56,485 nucleotides of DNA from a virus, in the IMG/VR virus record IMGVR_UViG_3300011443_000003, positions 1 through 56,485 of that record. One strand, written 5' to 3'. The notes under the pieces are model-generated. The model saw nothing but the letters and a program-made list of their open reading frames with translations, searched no databases and was not told the origin of the DNA. This document shows, in pieces, positions 15,928-25,600 of the stretch; the stretch's first letter is position 1; each line of letters opens with the position of its first letter. Position numbers and translations under genes: made by a program.

Positions 15928-16799
15928 AGCAGGCAACCGAGTTGACTATTAATCTCCGCAAGCCTTGGCTTCAATTTACCAACCTCCGTTTTGTCTTTCT
16001 CGCTCCACGATTGGTGGCCGTCATATTGGCTTCTGATGGTGGAAATCCGAGCAACAATCAAATCCTTTTCCTTCTGGAGAATCGCTTTATCGATTCCGCT
16101 TAATGTTCCTTGGGTGGCATGTTTAGAGTGTCCGTTCTTGGGTGGCTCAAAAAGACCCTGCCAATCATTACGAATGGACTGATTCAAAATCTCGATAGCG
16201 GTTGGTACTTCAAATCCATTAATCCACTCCAATTGCTTTCCGAAAAGCTTTGCCCAATTCTTGCACGCCTTCTTTGACTTCCTGAAATCCATCCATTCAT
16301 TCCAAGCATTCAGGAAGTCGGCATTCTGGCTGAACTTCTCAGGAACAACCAACTCATCCTTGTTTTCTTTATCTGCTTTTGCTTCTGCCTTTGCTTCTGC
16401 TATCGGTTTACTTTGTTTACGCGGTTTACATTTGTTTACACGCGCCCGATGCTCAGCAACTTTCTGCCGTATATAGTCGCGCCTTTCTTGCCCGCGAAGC
16501 ATGTCCCTGTACTTCTGACCATTAAGTATTAGCCAGCCGCCTTCAACTTGCTCAATCCTCTTTCCTTCATACTCTTGCGAGCGAGAAAATTCATCCGGTG
16601 ACTGGAAGTCATTGAGGTATTTCTGGCAGTCCTCAATTGTTATATCGCACAATTTAGCCAGAGCTGGAACTGTTGCTCTGCAAATGTTGGTTTCATCCTT
16701 TAGAGCTAACATCGTTACCCAAAGAACACGACATCCTAAAGGTGTCTGCCAGATTGTGGAGGTGACTATATCGGTGAAAAGTTTACAATAGCCGTTCAT
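15924..16799 (-). CDS. Replication-organizer-like winged-helix protein
   Basis: ATG at 16799 (MNGYCKLFTDIVTSTIWQ...RVLWVTMLALKDETNICRATVPALAKLC...GGWLILNGQKYRD). This N-terminal pattern recurs in phage replication and organizer proteins. The assignment is from memory. Confidence 0.5.
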   Translation of the reverse strand: MNGYCKLFTDIVTSTIWQTPLGCRVLWVTMLALKDETNICRATVPALAKLCDITIEDCQKYLNDFQSPDEFSRSQEYEGKRIEQVEGGWLILNGQKYRDMLRGQERRDYIRQKVAEHRARVNKCKPRKQSKPIAEAKAEAKADKENKDELVVPEKFSQNADFLNAWNEWMDFRKSKKACKNWAKLFGKQLEWINGFEVPTAIEILNQSIRNDWQGLFEPPKNGHSKHATQGTLSGIDKAILQKEKDLIVARISTIRSQYDGHQSWSEKDKTEVGKLKPRLAEINSQLGCLL

Positions 16800-16871
16800 T
16801 TGGTTTACTGTAAACAAATGGTGTTTACAAGGCAAGGAATTCCCTCACAAATCGGTCACGGGGTCAAGGGA

Positions 16872-17021
16872 TTATTCCTTTGAAACTATCTGCGTGGTTG
16901 AGTAGATGGGGATGAATAAGAACCAGAATGTCGCTCGATACATCAGCCAGTTCTGGCGTTTATCTAAGCCTTTATTGACTACATGAAGTTCGTACCAGTA
17001 TTTCTCAGTTCTTCTAAACAT
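16872..17021 (-). CDS. Possible small membrane protein (49 aa)
   Basis: ATG at 17021 (MFRRTEKYWYEL...ATFWFLFIPIYSTT), just downstream of the exonuclease stop. Confidence 0.35.
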   Translation of the reverse strand: MFRRTEKYWYELHVVNKGLDKRQNWLMYRATFWFLFIPIYSTTQIVSKE

Positions 17022-17031
17022 ATTCGTCCTT

Positions 17032-17961
17032 TCATTGCACCATCCACGGGAATTCATCCGGTTCAACTGACTGCCAGCCGTCGAACTCGCGCTTGCATTC
17101 GTACCCCGGCCAGGTGTTAGTTTTAAGGCACTGACAGTATTTTTGTAGTGCAGTCTTATAGCGATTCCTTCCAATTTCTAAAAACTCAGCGGAGAGTAAT
17201 CGCCTTTCGGTTTGGTACGGCGCAAACGACTCCTGCACAACATGCCGGAATTCAACCCGATCCTCTCCGGTGTTGGCCGTCCATACGTCCAGATAGAATG
17301 CTGCCTGCATGTCGTATCCAAAATCGAACACATGCTTTGTCCACGGACGCATGGCGGCGCAATTCGTTGTTTTTAAATCAGCCAAAGACTTGCCGAACTT
17401 GGAATCCACGTCCGGTAGCAGGTCGATCAGGATCCTCAACGGCACCGAAATACCCGTTTCCTCATCCTGGTAGCTCGCTGTAGCCATTACCTGAGTCTGG
17501 GAGCAATCTCGCAAGGCTTTAATCTCTGGGTCGGTATTCAGCACCTTTACGGCATCGCAGGCGGGGCCAAAGAGCTTGTGCTTGATGACTTCTTTGCCTG
17601 CCTGCTGCGCGATCCATTCCTTGCACCAATTGCTATTCAGATTCCAAGCTTTCGGTTCGCCTGTCTTGGCGTCTGGATAGGTTTCTGGCGCAATAGCGTA
17701 ACGGTCCTTGAATGCTCCCGGTGTGAGGAATAGGCAATCAACCAAACTTCCCCATTCCGTAGCCTTGGAATCCTCGGACTCGTAGCCGTTCAGCCAACGA
17801 TTCGGGCATCGCGCAAACTCCATGAGCGATGATCGGCCCATGACATGGTGGGGATCTCCGCGCTTATCAGCTTCAACGCGATAAACGTCTGGATTGCTGA
17901 TTGGACCAACAACTTTACCCGCCGTTAGCAGGTTTTTGGATTCACCTACGAGTGGGTTCAT
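17032..17961 (-). CDS. PD-(D/E)XK exonuclease (RecE/DUF3799-like)
   Basis: 309-aa ORF. RILIDLLPDVDSKFGKSLADLKTT matches the D...D-L-K-T-T nuclease core. It is adjacent to an ATPase, as in phage recombination modules. Confidence 0.65.
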   Translation of the reverse strand: MNPLVGESKNLLTAGKVVGPISNPDVYRVEADKRGDPHHVMGRSSLMEFARCPNRWLNGYESEDSKATEWGSLVDCLFLTPGAFKDRYAIAPETYPDAKTGEPKAWNLNSNWCKEWIAQQAGKEVIKHKLFGPACDAVKVLNTDPEIKALRDCSQTQVMATASYQDEETGISVPLRILIDLLPDVDSKFGKSLADLKTTNCAAMRPWTKHVFDFGYDMQAAFYLDVWTANTGEDRVEFRHVVQESFAPYQTERRLLSAEFLEIGRNRYKTALQKYCQCLKTNTWPGYECKREFDGWQSVEPDEFPWMVQ

Positions 17962-18374
17962 TTGGCGGCCTTCTTAAGTTTCGGTTTCCAATCAAGGATC
18001 ACGTCTTTAGAATCAAACGGAACGGTTATTTTCCAAGAGTTTCGATTGACCAAAACTTTCTTGTATCCATTGTTCTGCATGTTGGATATCAGGATGCTAT
18101 TTTTAGGATCGTTCTGAGCCTTCACTTGCGCCAACGTCAGCACTTCGCCTCCAAGGAAATAGTTTATGCCCCTTTCAACCTCTCGGCTGTCTAATTCTTG
18201 ATCCGAACGAGAACGAGTAGTGAAGTAGAATGCGAACGGGGTTGCGCCGTGTCGCTCAGTAATTCCATGCGCCATTTGCTGTGCCTTTTCAACATCCCAT
18301 GAATCAATGGGCAGTTCGGATTCTTCATTAACGAATGTTCCAGGACTTAAGAAAGTGACGAAGTGTTTTCTCAT
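17958..18374 (-). CDS. Hypothetical protein
   Basis: 138-aa ORF with ATGA coupling on both sides. Confidence 0.6.
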   Translation of the reverse strand: MRKHFVTFLSPGTFVNEESELPIDSWDVEKAQQMAHGITERHGATPFAFYFTTRSRSDQELDSREVERGINYFLGGEVLTLAQVKAQNDPKNSILISNMQNNGYKKVLVNRNSWKITVPFDSKDVILDWKPKLKKAAK

Positions 18375-18754
18375 TTTGTGGTTGGTTTACTGAATAGTTG
18401 TTTGGCGAAAAGGCAGATGGCGAGTTCAAGTGATGAGGCATAGGTTGCACCGTTTAATTCTCCAGCCCACACGCGCCAGTCAGTTGGTCCAGCCGTTCCA
18501 ATGGCTATGTCGTGCTGATGCTTCTCCGCGCACTTCTTGAGCACGTCCATGGCGTCGGCTGAATCGGTGTAATACGGAACTTCAGACGTAAACGCGGCTG
18601 TTGTGCTGACTCCGTCTCCGGTTGCCGTCCTGACCTTTCTGGGTTCGCATGGGGCGTATCCAACAAGTCCAGATTGGCGCATGTGAACGTCCGCCCACCC
18701 CATGACATGCTCAGCAATCCAAGCATCCAACTCGCGCAGTTCTTGTGTGGTCAT
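18371..18754 (-). CDS. Phage ABA-sandwich-domain-like protein
   Basis: ATG at 18754 (MTTQELRELDAWIAEHVMGW...VPYYTDSADAMDVLKK). Confidence 0.55.
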   Translation of the reverse strand: MTTQELRELDAWIAEHVMGWADVHMRQSGLVGYAPCEPRKVRTATGDGVSTTAAFTSEVPYYTDSADAMDVLKKCAEKHQHDIAIGTAGPTDWRVWAGELNGATYASSLELAICLFAKQLFSKPTTK

Positions 18755-18755
18755 A

Positions 18756-19757
18756 TTAAGCTCCGTGCCCTTGGCTGATCCAGTCACCCACCTTGCCAAT
18801 CGTCACACTCAACTGATCGGCGGTTAAGCCCTCGACTCGCTGATCGTCTGCTATGAAATTTTCATCAATTAACCACTGGTTAAGCTTCTCCTTAGACCCA
18901 ACGTGATACGCGCCCGTCATTTCCCATAGCTTGCGCTTAAGTGCAGCGGTATTCGATGTGGGGGATTCCTGCTTTAATGCTGGTTGAACAATAGTTTTAG
19001 CCGTTGGGGTTCCGGCGCACCATGCGGCTAGGGCGGCTCCGTGCTCAATCCCTACTTGTTGATTAGGCTTTGGAAGTAGACCAGCCAATGACGGATGGGT
19101 AATCTTACGAGGGATTACAAATCCGCCTTGCCCGTCTTTTGAGTAGGTTTCCAGATTCAACAGGAGCTCGTAGATAAACTTGCTGTCGAAGATAGGCGTT
19201 GAGAATTGGTCAGTAACAACCTTATTTTTTCCGTTCTCATCTTTAACCATGTGAGTCTTTGGCTCTGCTCTGAGGCAGCATACCAGAGGAACCTTAGATC
19301 GAAGAATCCGACCAATGAACCGTTTTATCTGCATTTTTGCTGGTATCCACGAGGCAAGCTTGCATTGCTCCCTTTTGGTGTAGTTAGTTTCTCCTGCCAT
19401 CCTAGTAAGTTCAGCCTCTTGGATGTCTAAGACACCCCCTTCTCCATTATGAGCATGTGTAAGTGAGTCTATAACTATGCCGTCGCTTTGCTTCTCGGCC
19501 ACATCAAAGGCTTCAAAGTATCTATCTGGCGAGAACGGAGAGTCTAAATCGAGTATCTGATAGCCCCCCGGTATGATGTCAGCGAATAGGCTTCCGCGCC
19601 CCGATTCACTGTCGATTAGGGTAATGCGCCCCTTTGGGCCGACGATACCCCGCATGAAAAGCAGTGCGCTCATCGTTTTCCCTGACCCACTTGGACCGAA
19701 CGCGCCCACAAGCGGGATAACGCCTGCCCGTGTCGCCTGGTGAATCGTGAAGCTCAT
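18756..19757 (-). CDS. AAA/RecA-like ATPase (Sak4-like recombination ATPase)
   Basis: The ATG at 19757 forms an ATGA overlap with the upstream stop. Walker A is GAFGPSGSGKT and a Walker B-like motif is GIVIDSLTH. Confidence 0.65.
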   Translation of the reverse strand: MSFTIHQATRAGVIPLVGAFGPSGSGKTMSALLFMRGIVGPKGRITLIDSESGRGSLFADIIPGGYQILDLDSPFSPDRYFEAFDVAEKQSDGIVIDSLTHAHNGEGGVLDIQEAELTRMAGETNYTKREQCKLASWIPAKMQIKRFIGRILRSKVPLVCCLRAEPKTHMVKDENGKNKVVTDQFSTPIFDSKFIYELLLNLETYSKDGQGGFVIPRKITHPSLAGLLPKPNQQVGIEHGAALAAWCAGTPTAKTIVQPALKQESPTSNTAALKRKLWEMTGAYHVGSKEKLNQWLIDENFIADDQRVEGLTADQLSVTIGKVGDWISQGHGA

Positions 19758-20161
19758 TTCCCCTCCGTTCCACAGCAAATACGTGTCCTCCTAACAACCG
19801 TTTTCTCCCCAGTCTGGATGACTTGCTCTTTGGGGATCACCTCGTCGTAGGTTTCGATGCGGCACGTGGGCGGAAGTCCATCGCAGTAAATGTTGCATCT
19901 CACTCCATCGGTCATGTCCCCTTGCATGGAGTGCCAAATGCGATCCCTTTCGTTGTAGTTGCTCTTTTCCATCTCCTTTATTCCAAGCAGCCTCATTACC
20001 TCCAAGCCAACCACGTGATTGGCCATTGTGTGGATCTGAATTGTGGCGTCCGTGCGACTAAGCTCTATGCTAAAGTGACATGTTGATGGAAGATTATCGT
20101 TTTGAAATTTCTGGCACGCCTGAACGAGTTCAAGCAATCTCTCTTGTATTTCGTTTTTCAT
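19754..20161 (-). CDS. Hypothetical protein
   Basis: 135-aa ORF. Confidence 0.55.
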   Translation of the reverse strand: MKNEIQERLLELVQACQKFQNDNLPSTCHFSIELSRTDATIQIHTMANHVVGLEVMRLLGIKEMEKSNYNERDRIWHSMQGDMTDGVRCNIYCDGLPPTCRIETYDEVIPKEQVIQTGEKTVVRRTRICCGTEGK

Positions 20162-20186
20162 TTTGGTGGTTTGTTGTTTTAGCGGC

Positions 20187-20519
20187 TCAATCCATCACTT
20201 GCCGTGACATCTGCTGGAAATAGTCGAATTCCTTAACGCGCCCAATCTCCCAAATGCCAGGAGATAGCCGCACTGGCTTATGTTCCTCGTGTTGTATGGT
20301 TGCGGCCTTGGTGAGCTTGAGCAGCATGCGCTCGCCAATCTCAATTAGTTCTGCTTCGTCGTCCTCAATGACATGAGAATGACCGGATTCTCCGTGAGCT
20401 AGAACCAGCCGTTTGTGCGTTATTTTTGCTCCGTCAAGAGTTGGAAGTGAATCAAGCTTTCGCCCAATCACGTCGCCTTGCTGGAATGTGTTTTTTGCGA
20501 TTTTGAGTTTATTTTTCAT
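20187..20519 (-). CDS. Conserved-looking hypothetical protein
   Basis: The ATG at 20519 forms an ATGA overlap. It has QQGDVIGRKLDSLP...LAHGESGHSHVI...HEEH. Confidence 0.55.
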   Translation of the reverse strand: MKNKLKIAKNTFQQGDVIGRKLDSLPTLDGAKITHKRLVLAHGESGHSHVIEDDEAELIEIGERMLLKLTKAATIQHEEHKPVRLSPGIWEIGRVKEFDYFQQMSRQVMD

Positions 20520-21571
20520 GTGAGTATCTCTGCTGTTTCGTGCCAATTGCTGTTTCTCCAATTTAAAGATTCGGTGACCGTTTTGCAGGATGGATCAACG
20601 CCCTCTAGGTGAAATACACCAACGCTAGGATTGATCATGCGCAGATAGCGAGCGTCTGGAACTTCCTCAGAGAGCCGTATAGATAGGAGTTCGTACGTGC
20701 CGCGCTTATCCAATGAATTGTGCGGTAGCTTAGAAAGCATTCGTTCAATTCCGACCTTGCGGATCAGTTCTCGGCGTCGATCTGCGTTATTCTCCCGCAA
20801 TACGCTCTCGGGTAAAATCTTTTCGGCTGGAGTTAGGACTTGTTCTGGATCCATCAGAATACCGTTGAGCGCAAAAACCTTCCAGCCATCCGAATATTCA
20901 ACTGCCGCACCTTCATCTTTATGCAGCCGTCCGTTGACCATGTGAATTTTAGATGGGCGTGAACCAACAATTAGAATGTTTTTGAGTGGATAAAATAGAC
21001 CAAGTTCAGAGGATGATTCCAACAATCCGAAAGAATTGGGAATACCTATTACACCAATAAATTCCATTGCGCGAACCCAAGCAAAATATTGCGCCCAAAA
21101 ATGGCCGGAAAAGTAAGGCCAAATAAAATCACTGACCTGTGACCTGACCTGTGACCTGACCTGTGACTCGACCTGTGACCAGACCTGTGACCTGACCTGT
21201 GACTCGACCTGTGACTCGACCTGTGACCTGACGTGTGACTCGACCTGTGACCTGACCTGTGACCAGACCTGTGACCTGACCTGTGACCTGACCTGTGACT
21301 CGACCTGTGACCAGACCTGTGACCAGACCTGTGACCTGACCTGTGACTCGACCTGTCTATTAGCGAAAAAAGACACAGCGAGCCAGCAGCCAAGCGGACT
21401 CGATAGGTGCAATACTGGTCGCTCTGCCCCCATAAAGTGTTTATCCCATGCACGGGCTAGAGTGTACGCCCTGCTGGTTGGCAGTTGTGTTGTATCCAAT
21501 CCGCGAGCAATCCATTCCTGCGCAATGCGATCAAGTCCGAGTTCTTGCTCTTTTGTAAGTTTGGTGATCAT
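20516..21571 (-). CDS. Hypothetical protein with (S-Q-V-R/W/E)n tetrapeptide repeat tract, possibly DUF6745-like
   Basis: 351-aa ORF with about 19 SQVx units encoded by 12-bp tandem repeats. The C-terminal part has NGRLHKDEGAAVEYSDGWKVFALNGILM. The family name is from memory only. Confidence 0.6.
   Translation of the reverse strand: MITKLTKEQELGLDRIAQEWIARGLDTTQLPTSRAYTLARAWDKHFMGAERPVLHLSSPLGCWLAVSFFANRQVESQVRSQVWSQVWSQVESQVRSQVRSQVWSQVRSQVESHVRSQVESQVESQVRSQVWSQVESQVRSQVRSQVSDFIWPYFSGHFWAQYFAWVRAMEFIGVIGIPNSFGLLESSSELGLFYPLKNILIVGSRPSKIHMVNGRLHKDEGAAVEYSDGWKVFALNGILMDPEQVLTPAEKILPESVLRENNADRRRELIRKVGIERMLSKLPHNSLDKRGTYELLSIRLSEEVPDARYLRMINPSVGVFHLEGVDPSCKTVTESLNWRNSNWHETAEILT
21132..21357. 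repeat. 12-bp tandem repeat, about 19 copies, in frame within CDS 20516-21571
   Basis: The plus strand reads (ctgacctgtgac / tcgacctgtgac / cagacctgtgac)n. In the sense direction this is TCACAGGTC plus AGG, TGG or GAG. One unit differs by a single substitution (cacgtc, giving SHV). Confidence 0.9.
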
Positions 21572-21953
21572 TTTGGTGGTTTTTGGTTTAACTGAAAGTC
21601 AATGCGGGTTGTCGAGTCCCGCGCTCGGCCACTTGGCTATTATTCTATCAACTGTATCATTCTCAAGTTGTTGGCCTACTGAACCGGACCAATGCGGAAA
21701 TTCACATATCTCCCCACAGCAGCCAGTAGATATACATACCCACTGCACCAAGGATTAAGCCGATGATTAGGCCGGTGAAGAATCCGGTCATTTGTTCCTT
21801 TCCGCGATCATCGCGTCGGCAGAGGCATAAGCTTCCCGCGCCAAAACAGCATCCACGTTTTTATCTGTCACTTGATCCATAGCCGGAGATGTTTTCACTT
21901 GCCCTCCTGTCCTGCGATATGTTTCATGATCGCAAACTCGGTGAAGAAGTTGA

Positions 21954-22268
21954 TCATTCAATCCCCCGTTCCGAGAGTTTCAAATTCAGTTCTCGATTCT
22001 CCATCTCAAGAAACGCTATTCGTTCTTCAAGTGAATTTTTCAATGGGGTACGCCCATTCAATCTGTCAATTATACCTTTGATATATTTAATGGATGCTGG
22101 AATTGAGCTTTCGTGATCACCTAAATTCCATGCTAAATTAACGGCATCTACGGCACGACTTAAAGCGTCTGCTTGTATCGCCTCAATATCTTTGCTGAGT
22201 CGCGCAAGTGGCACTTTATGAAAGTGGTGATAGTTCAGGTCTTTAATCCATTCGTCGGTGGTTTTCAT
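21954..22268 (-). CDS. Hypothetical protein, paralog of 8481-8705 plus a coiled-coil tail
   Basis: 104-aa ORF (MKTTDEWIKDL...IEAIQADALSRAVDAVN). Confidence 0.55.
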   Translation of the reverse strand: MKTTDEWIKDLNYHHFHKVPLARLSKDIEAIQADALSRAVDAVNLAWNLGDHESSIPASIKYIKGIIDRLNGRTPLKNSLEERIAFLEMENRELNLKLSERGIE

Positions 22269-22480
22269 TTCAAATCCTCAGGAGTAAATCGGATCGGAGA
22301 TTTGGAATATTTATACTGCACACCTTGATCTGCGATGTATTTCGCAATCAGAATCCCGATCACAAAGTTCATGGTCTGACCGTTGGCTTTGACCTTGGCC
22401 CTGAAATCAGCGTGAAGGCTGGTGGGGATCTGAACCGTCCGGTTGTAGCCTCGCTTAGAAGTTTTCTTGCTCACGAACAC
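22265..22480 (-). CDS. Ribbon-helix-helix-like small DNA-binding protein
   Basis: 71-aa ORF. RTVQIPTSLHADFRAKVKANGQTMNFVIGILIAKYI fits a strand-helix-helix pattern. Confidence 0.4.
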   Translation of the reverse strand: MFVSKKTSKRGYNRTVQIPTSLHADFRAKVKANGQTMNFVIGILIAKYIADQGVQYKYSKSPIRFTPEDLK

Positions 22481-22533
22481 AGCAAATCACATTTCGCTGT
22501 GACCGTCAACGGAAATCTACAGAAATCTTCCGC

Positions 22534-22677
22534 CTAGTAAAACCGCCGCTTCCTAGTGTCTTTCTTCTTGTGCTCTGGTAGTCGCTTTGGCGTGCCGTAT
22601 TTATCAGCCCATTTCTTGGCGAGTTCTGGATGCTGTGACCGAAGGAATCGCCGTTGAGCTTTGGATTTGAAGGGCAT
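22534..22677 (-). CDS. Very basic 47-aa peptide (below the track cut-off)
   Basis: I translated it manually as MPFKSKAQRRFLRSQHPELAKKWADKYGTPKRLPEHKKKDTRKRRFY. Its ATG lies 1 nt after the stop of the 1489-aa gene. Confidence 0.45.
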   Translation of the reverse strand: MPFKSKAQRRFLRSQHPELAKKWADKYGTPKRLPEHKKKDTRKRRFY

Positions 22678-22678
22678 A

Positions 22679-25600
22679 TCACCAGTTGGGTTGAGAAGTT
22701 TTCTGCTTCTTGTTGTCGTAGGTATTTACCCCAACACCAAACACCCCAAGCGTTGCCATCGCAGTTGCTTCAGGAATTCCATGCTCTCCATACAGCTTAA
22801 TAATGTCCCGATAGGTCATCGGGTAAAATGTGGTCTTGAGTGCGTCACCAATGTCAAATTGCTGTCCAGTTGGATCTTCTCCAGACAGCACGCTAACGGC
22901 AGAACCAACGGACGGAGAAAGTTTCCCCCTTCCAAAGTTTGCAATCACATCCCAAGCGTTGTCACCGCCATACGGCACCTTGCCACGAATCGGAACTTCC
23001 CTTCCACCCGCCGTAGTTTTCTTTCCAGTTCCAAGCCTGCTGAATAGGACCAACGGCTGAAGAATGCCCATCCAAGGGTCGATGCGTGTTTTGCCAACGA
23101 CCATCTTCCCGAAGTCCGATGAGTTGGAATCGGTGTTCACCTTGCCGCCCATCAAAGCCCCAAGCGCATACAAAGCCGCTGGACCACGCAGCATCTTCAA
23201 ATACTGCCAAGCAATCATCTTGCGGGTGTGCAGGTTGCCGCGCCACATCGGTTGCAGGGCAAGCATCTGAATGCGGCTGATAGCGTACTTGGGCGCAAAG
23301 GCTATCGTGTTGGCGAATTGGCCGCTGCCAAGGAACTTGCCTACGCCTTTTGAGCCTCGACCGCTGAACACGTTAATTGCATTCGCTATCTGATCAAGCG
23401 TTGCAGGATCTTTCCCCCAAGTGTCAGCCATTGCGTCAAACACATCCGCCCGCATCCGATTCAGGAAAACCGTGTAGGCTCGCTGGAACTTGTTCACCGT
23501 TCCGACAAGTTGTTTCAATCCAGGTTGCTTCTGCATGTTCTCCGAAAGCCTGAACATGAAATGCTCCTCCATGCTGGAGAGTCGCGTGCCTGCCTCAGTG
23601 AATTCCAAGCCGTATTTCTCGTAGAGTGGTGCATTATCCCGCGTCAGAATCTCCTCCATGATGCGGAATTGATTCTGCTCACTCTTGAATGCTTCCATCA
23701 TCGGCTTGAGATTCCTCAGAGCAATCGTCGGATTCTGATAGGACAACGCACCGCCTTGACGTAACACGCCCGAAAACTCGCCCGTTGTCATCATGGCACG
23801 CTGAAACCAAACGGTATTCGCTACCGCATCGAATGCTTTAGCGGCAGCATTGCGCTTGGACATCTGATCGTTGTAACGCAAGTCCAGCAATGCACGGTGG
23901 ACCTTGTGTAGCTCAAACCGAAGGCGTTGCGCCTCTTTATCCATCTTTACCGGATCTGGCTTCTTACGAGGCTGAAACTGCCTGTTCTTAACCTTCTCAG
24001 TTAGTTCCTCGATGCGATCCCGTGTGCGCTCTTTCCAAATCTCAAGGCGTTGCGCATCGGTCAACTCAGGCTTCTTGAACACCGTGTCATAGACAGCCCG
24101 CATTTCATCACGGATAGCGGTTAGCCGTTCAAGTTCCGCGTCGGGTTTCAGCCTCTTTGATTCCCTGACGATCTTTGTGCGCGTCTGGATCTGGTGCTCT
24201 AAATCGGTGATCTGATTGGTGATGCGCGTCTTTGCTGCTTGCAACGCTGTTTTAAGCTGTCCTTCGACATCGGTAGGAGTGACTTCAGGATGCAACCGTT
24301 TCTGTTCCTCGTATTGCTTCCTGAGCCACCGCTGCTTATCTGTCATGGTTGCGCGTTCCTGTAACTTCGGCGGGAAGATTCCGCGCTGAATCATGTCGAT
24401 CTTGGAAATCTCCTGCCATTGCCCGTGCATGTCGCGCTTGATGACGGATACCGTGTCTTTCGCTAACGGCTTCAGTGGCGTGCCGTATCCTGCAAGAATC
24501 TCACGTGTCTCGCGTCGGGTAAGGTCGGGAATGACTTTTATCGCATCGGCATGAATGGCATCCAGCAATGGACCTTCCTCTTTCAGTCCACGGCGAACAT
24601 GGAAGTCTAACAGCTTATCGAAGTAGTATTTCAGGTCAGGCAATACACCTTTGGATTCCTCAACCTTTCGCTGAATCTTTTTCAGGATGGTCTGAGTGCC
24701 TAAGTCTGCCTTGAGTGCGCCCTTGACCTTCTGCACAGTCGCCGCACCCTGTTTCTTGAATGCCGCTGCGACATCGGAGTTAAAGGCTTTTTGAGAGGCT
24801 TCCCAAACGGCTTTCGCGTGGTCTTTGAAACCTGGCCCCAAATCCCGAATCATGGTGTCCGACCACTTGGCAAAATCGACTGCCCCGCGCACGATCTTGG
24901 AAGTGCCGTAGATAATCGCCTTGTCCAACATCTCAGGCGAGATTGGCGCACCTGCGAACATAGGCTTTTCACCGCCGCCAAACAACGCCTTCAGATCCGC
25001 CAACGCTTGCGCCCCGCGTTCATCCCATTTCTTGGCGTATCCTTCAGCCAAATCCAATATGCGTGGGTGATACGGCAACTCGCGCTTAATCCGTGCTTCG
25101 GCCTCAGCAATGATGCGCTTGGCGTCTATGGCATCGCGTTCGGCTTGTAGCTTCTCAACTCGCGCTTGAAGCTCTGCATTCGCCTTGGTGTTGGCATCGG
25201 AGATTGCTTGAAGCTGAGCGCGTTCTAGATCTGTCAACTTGCGCCCAAGAAAGGCTTCCCGATTGGGCACCAGCTCCGCCATCGTGAAATCTTCATTCAT
25301 AACCAACTGCCTTGCCCTGAATGCGCGCCCTGCCATAGTGCCCATTGCGGTATCGCCTTTGCCCATCACTTGCTCTAGTTCAAGCAACTTTTCACCCATT
25401 GAATCACGAACAGCCTTTGCAGCCTCAGCGGCATCTCCGCGCCCTTCTTGTTCCGCGAGTGCGGCTTCACGGTTCGCCTTGTTGAACTCGTTCTTAAGGT
25501 CAACGCGACGATGAAGCAGGACCATCGTTTCAACGTCTGACGGAATGAACGGATTAGCCTTGTGACGGGCAATCAGCTTGTCAGCCGCCGCCCAATCCTG

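Noticed and set aside
21132-21357. Possible CRISPR array
   Set aside because: The units are 12 bp and directly abutting with no spacers. The array is in frame within a CDS, and no cas genes are present.
21049-21453. 134-aa ORF reading the 12-bp repeats as (SGHR)n
   Set aside because: It is an alternate frame of the same repeats. It has no credible flanking domains, whereas the 351-aa frame has coherent N- and C-terminal regions and ATGA coupling to the next gene.
21572-21953. Several 20-30-codon minus-strand ORFs, including the hydrophobic 29-aa peptide MTGFFTGLIIGLILGAVGMYIYWLLWGDM at 21702-21791
   Set aside because: They are too short to support from sequence alone. They are ATGA-chained and may be real micro-proteins, but they are not listed as features.
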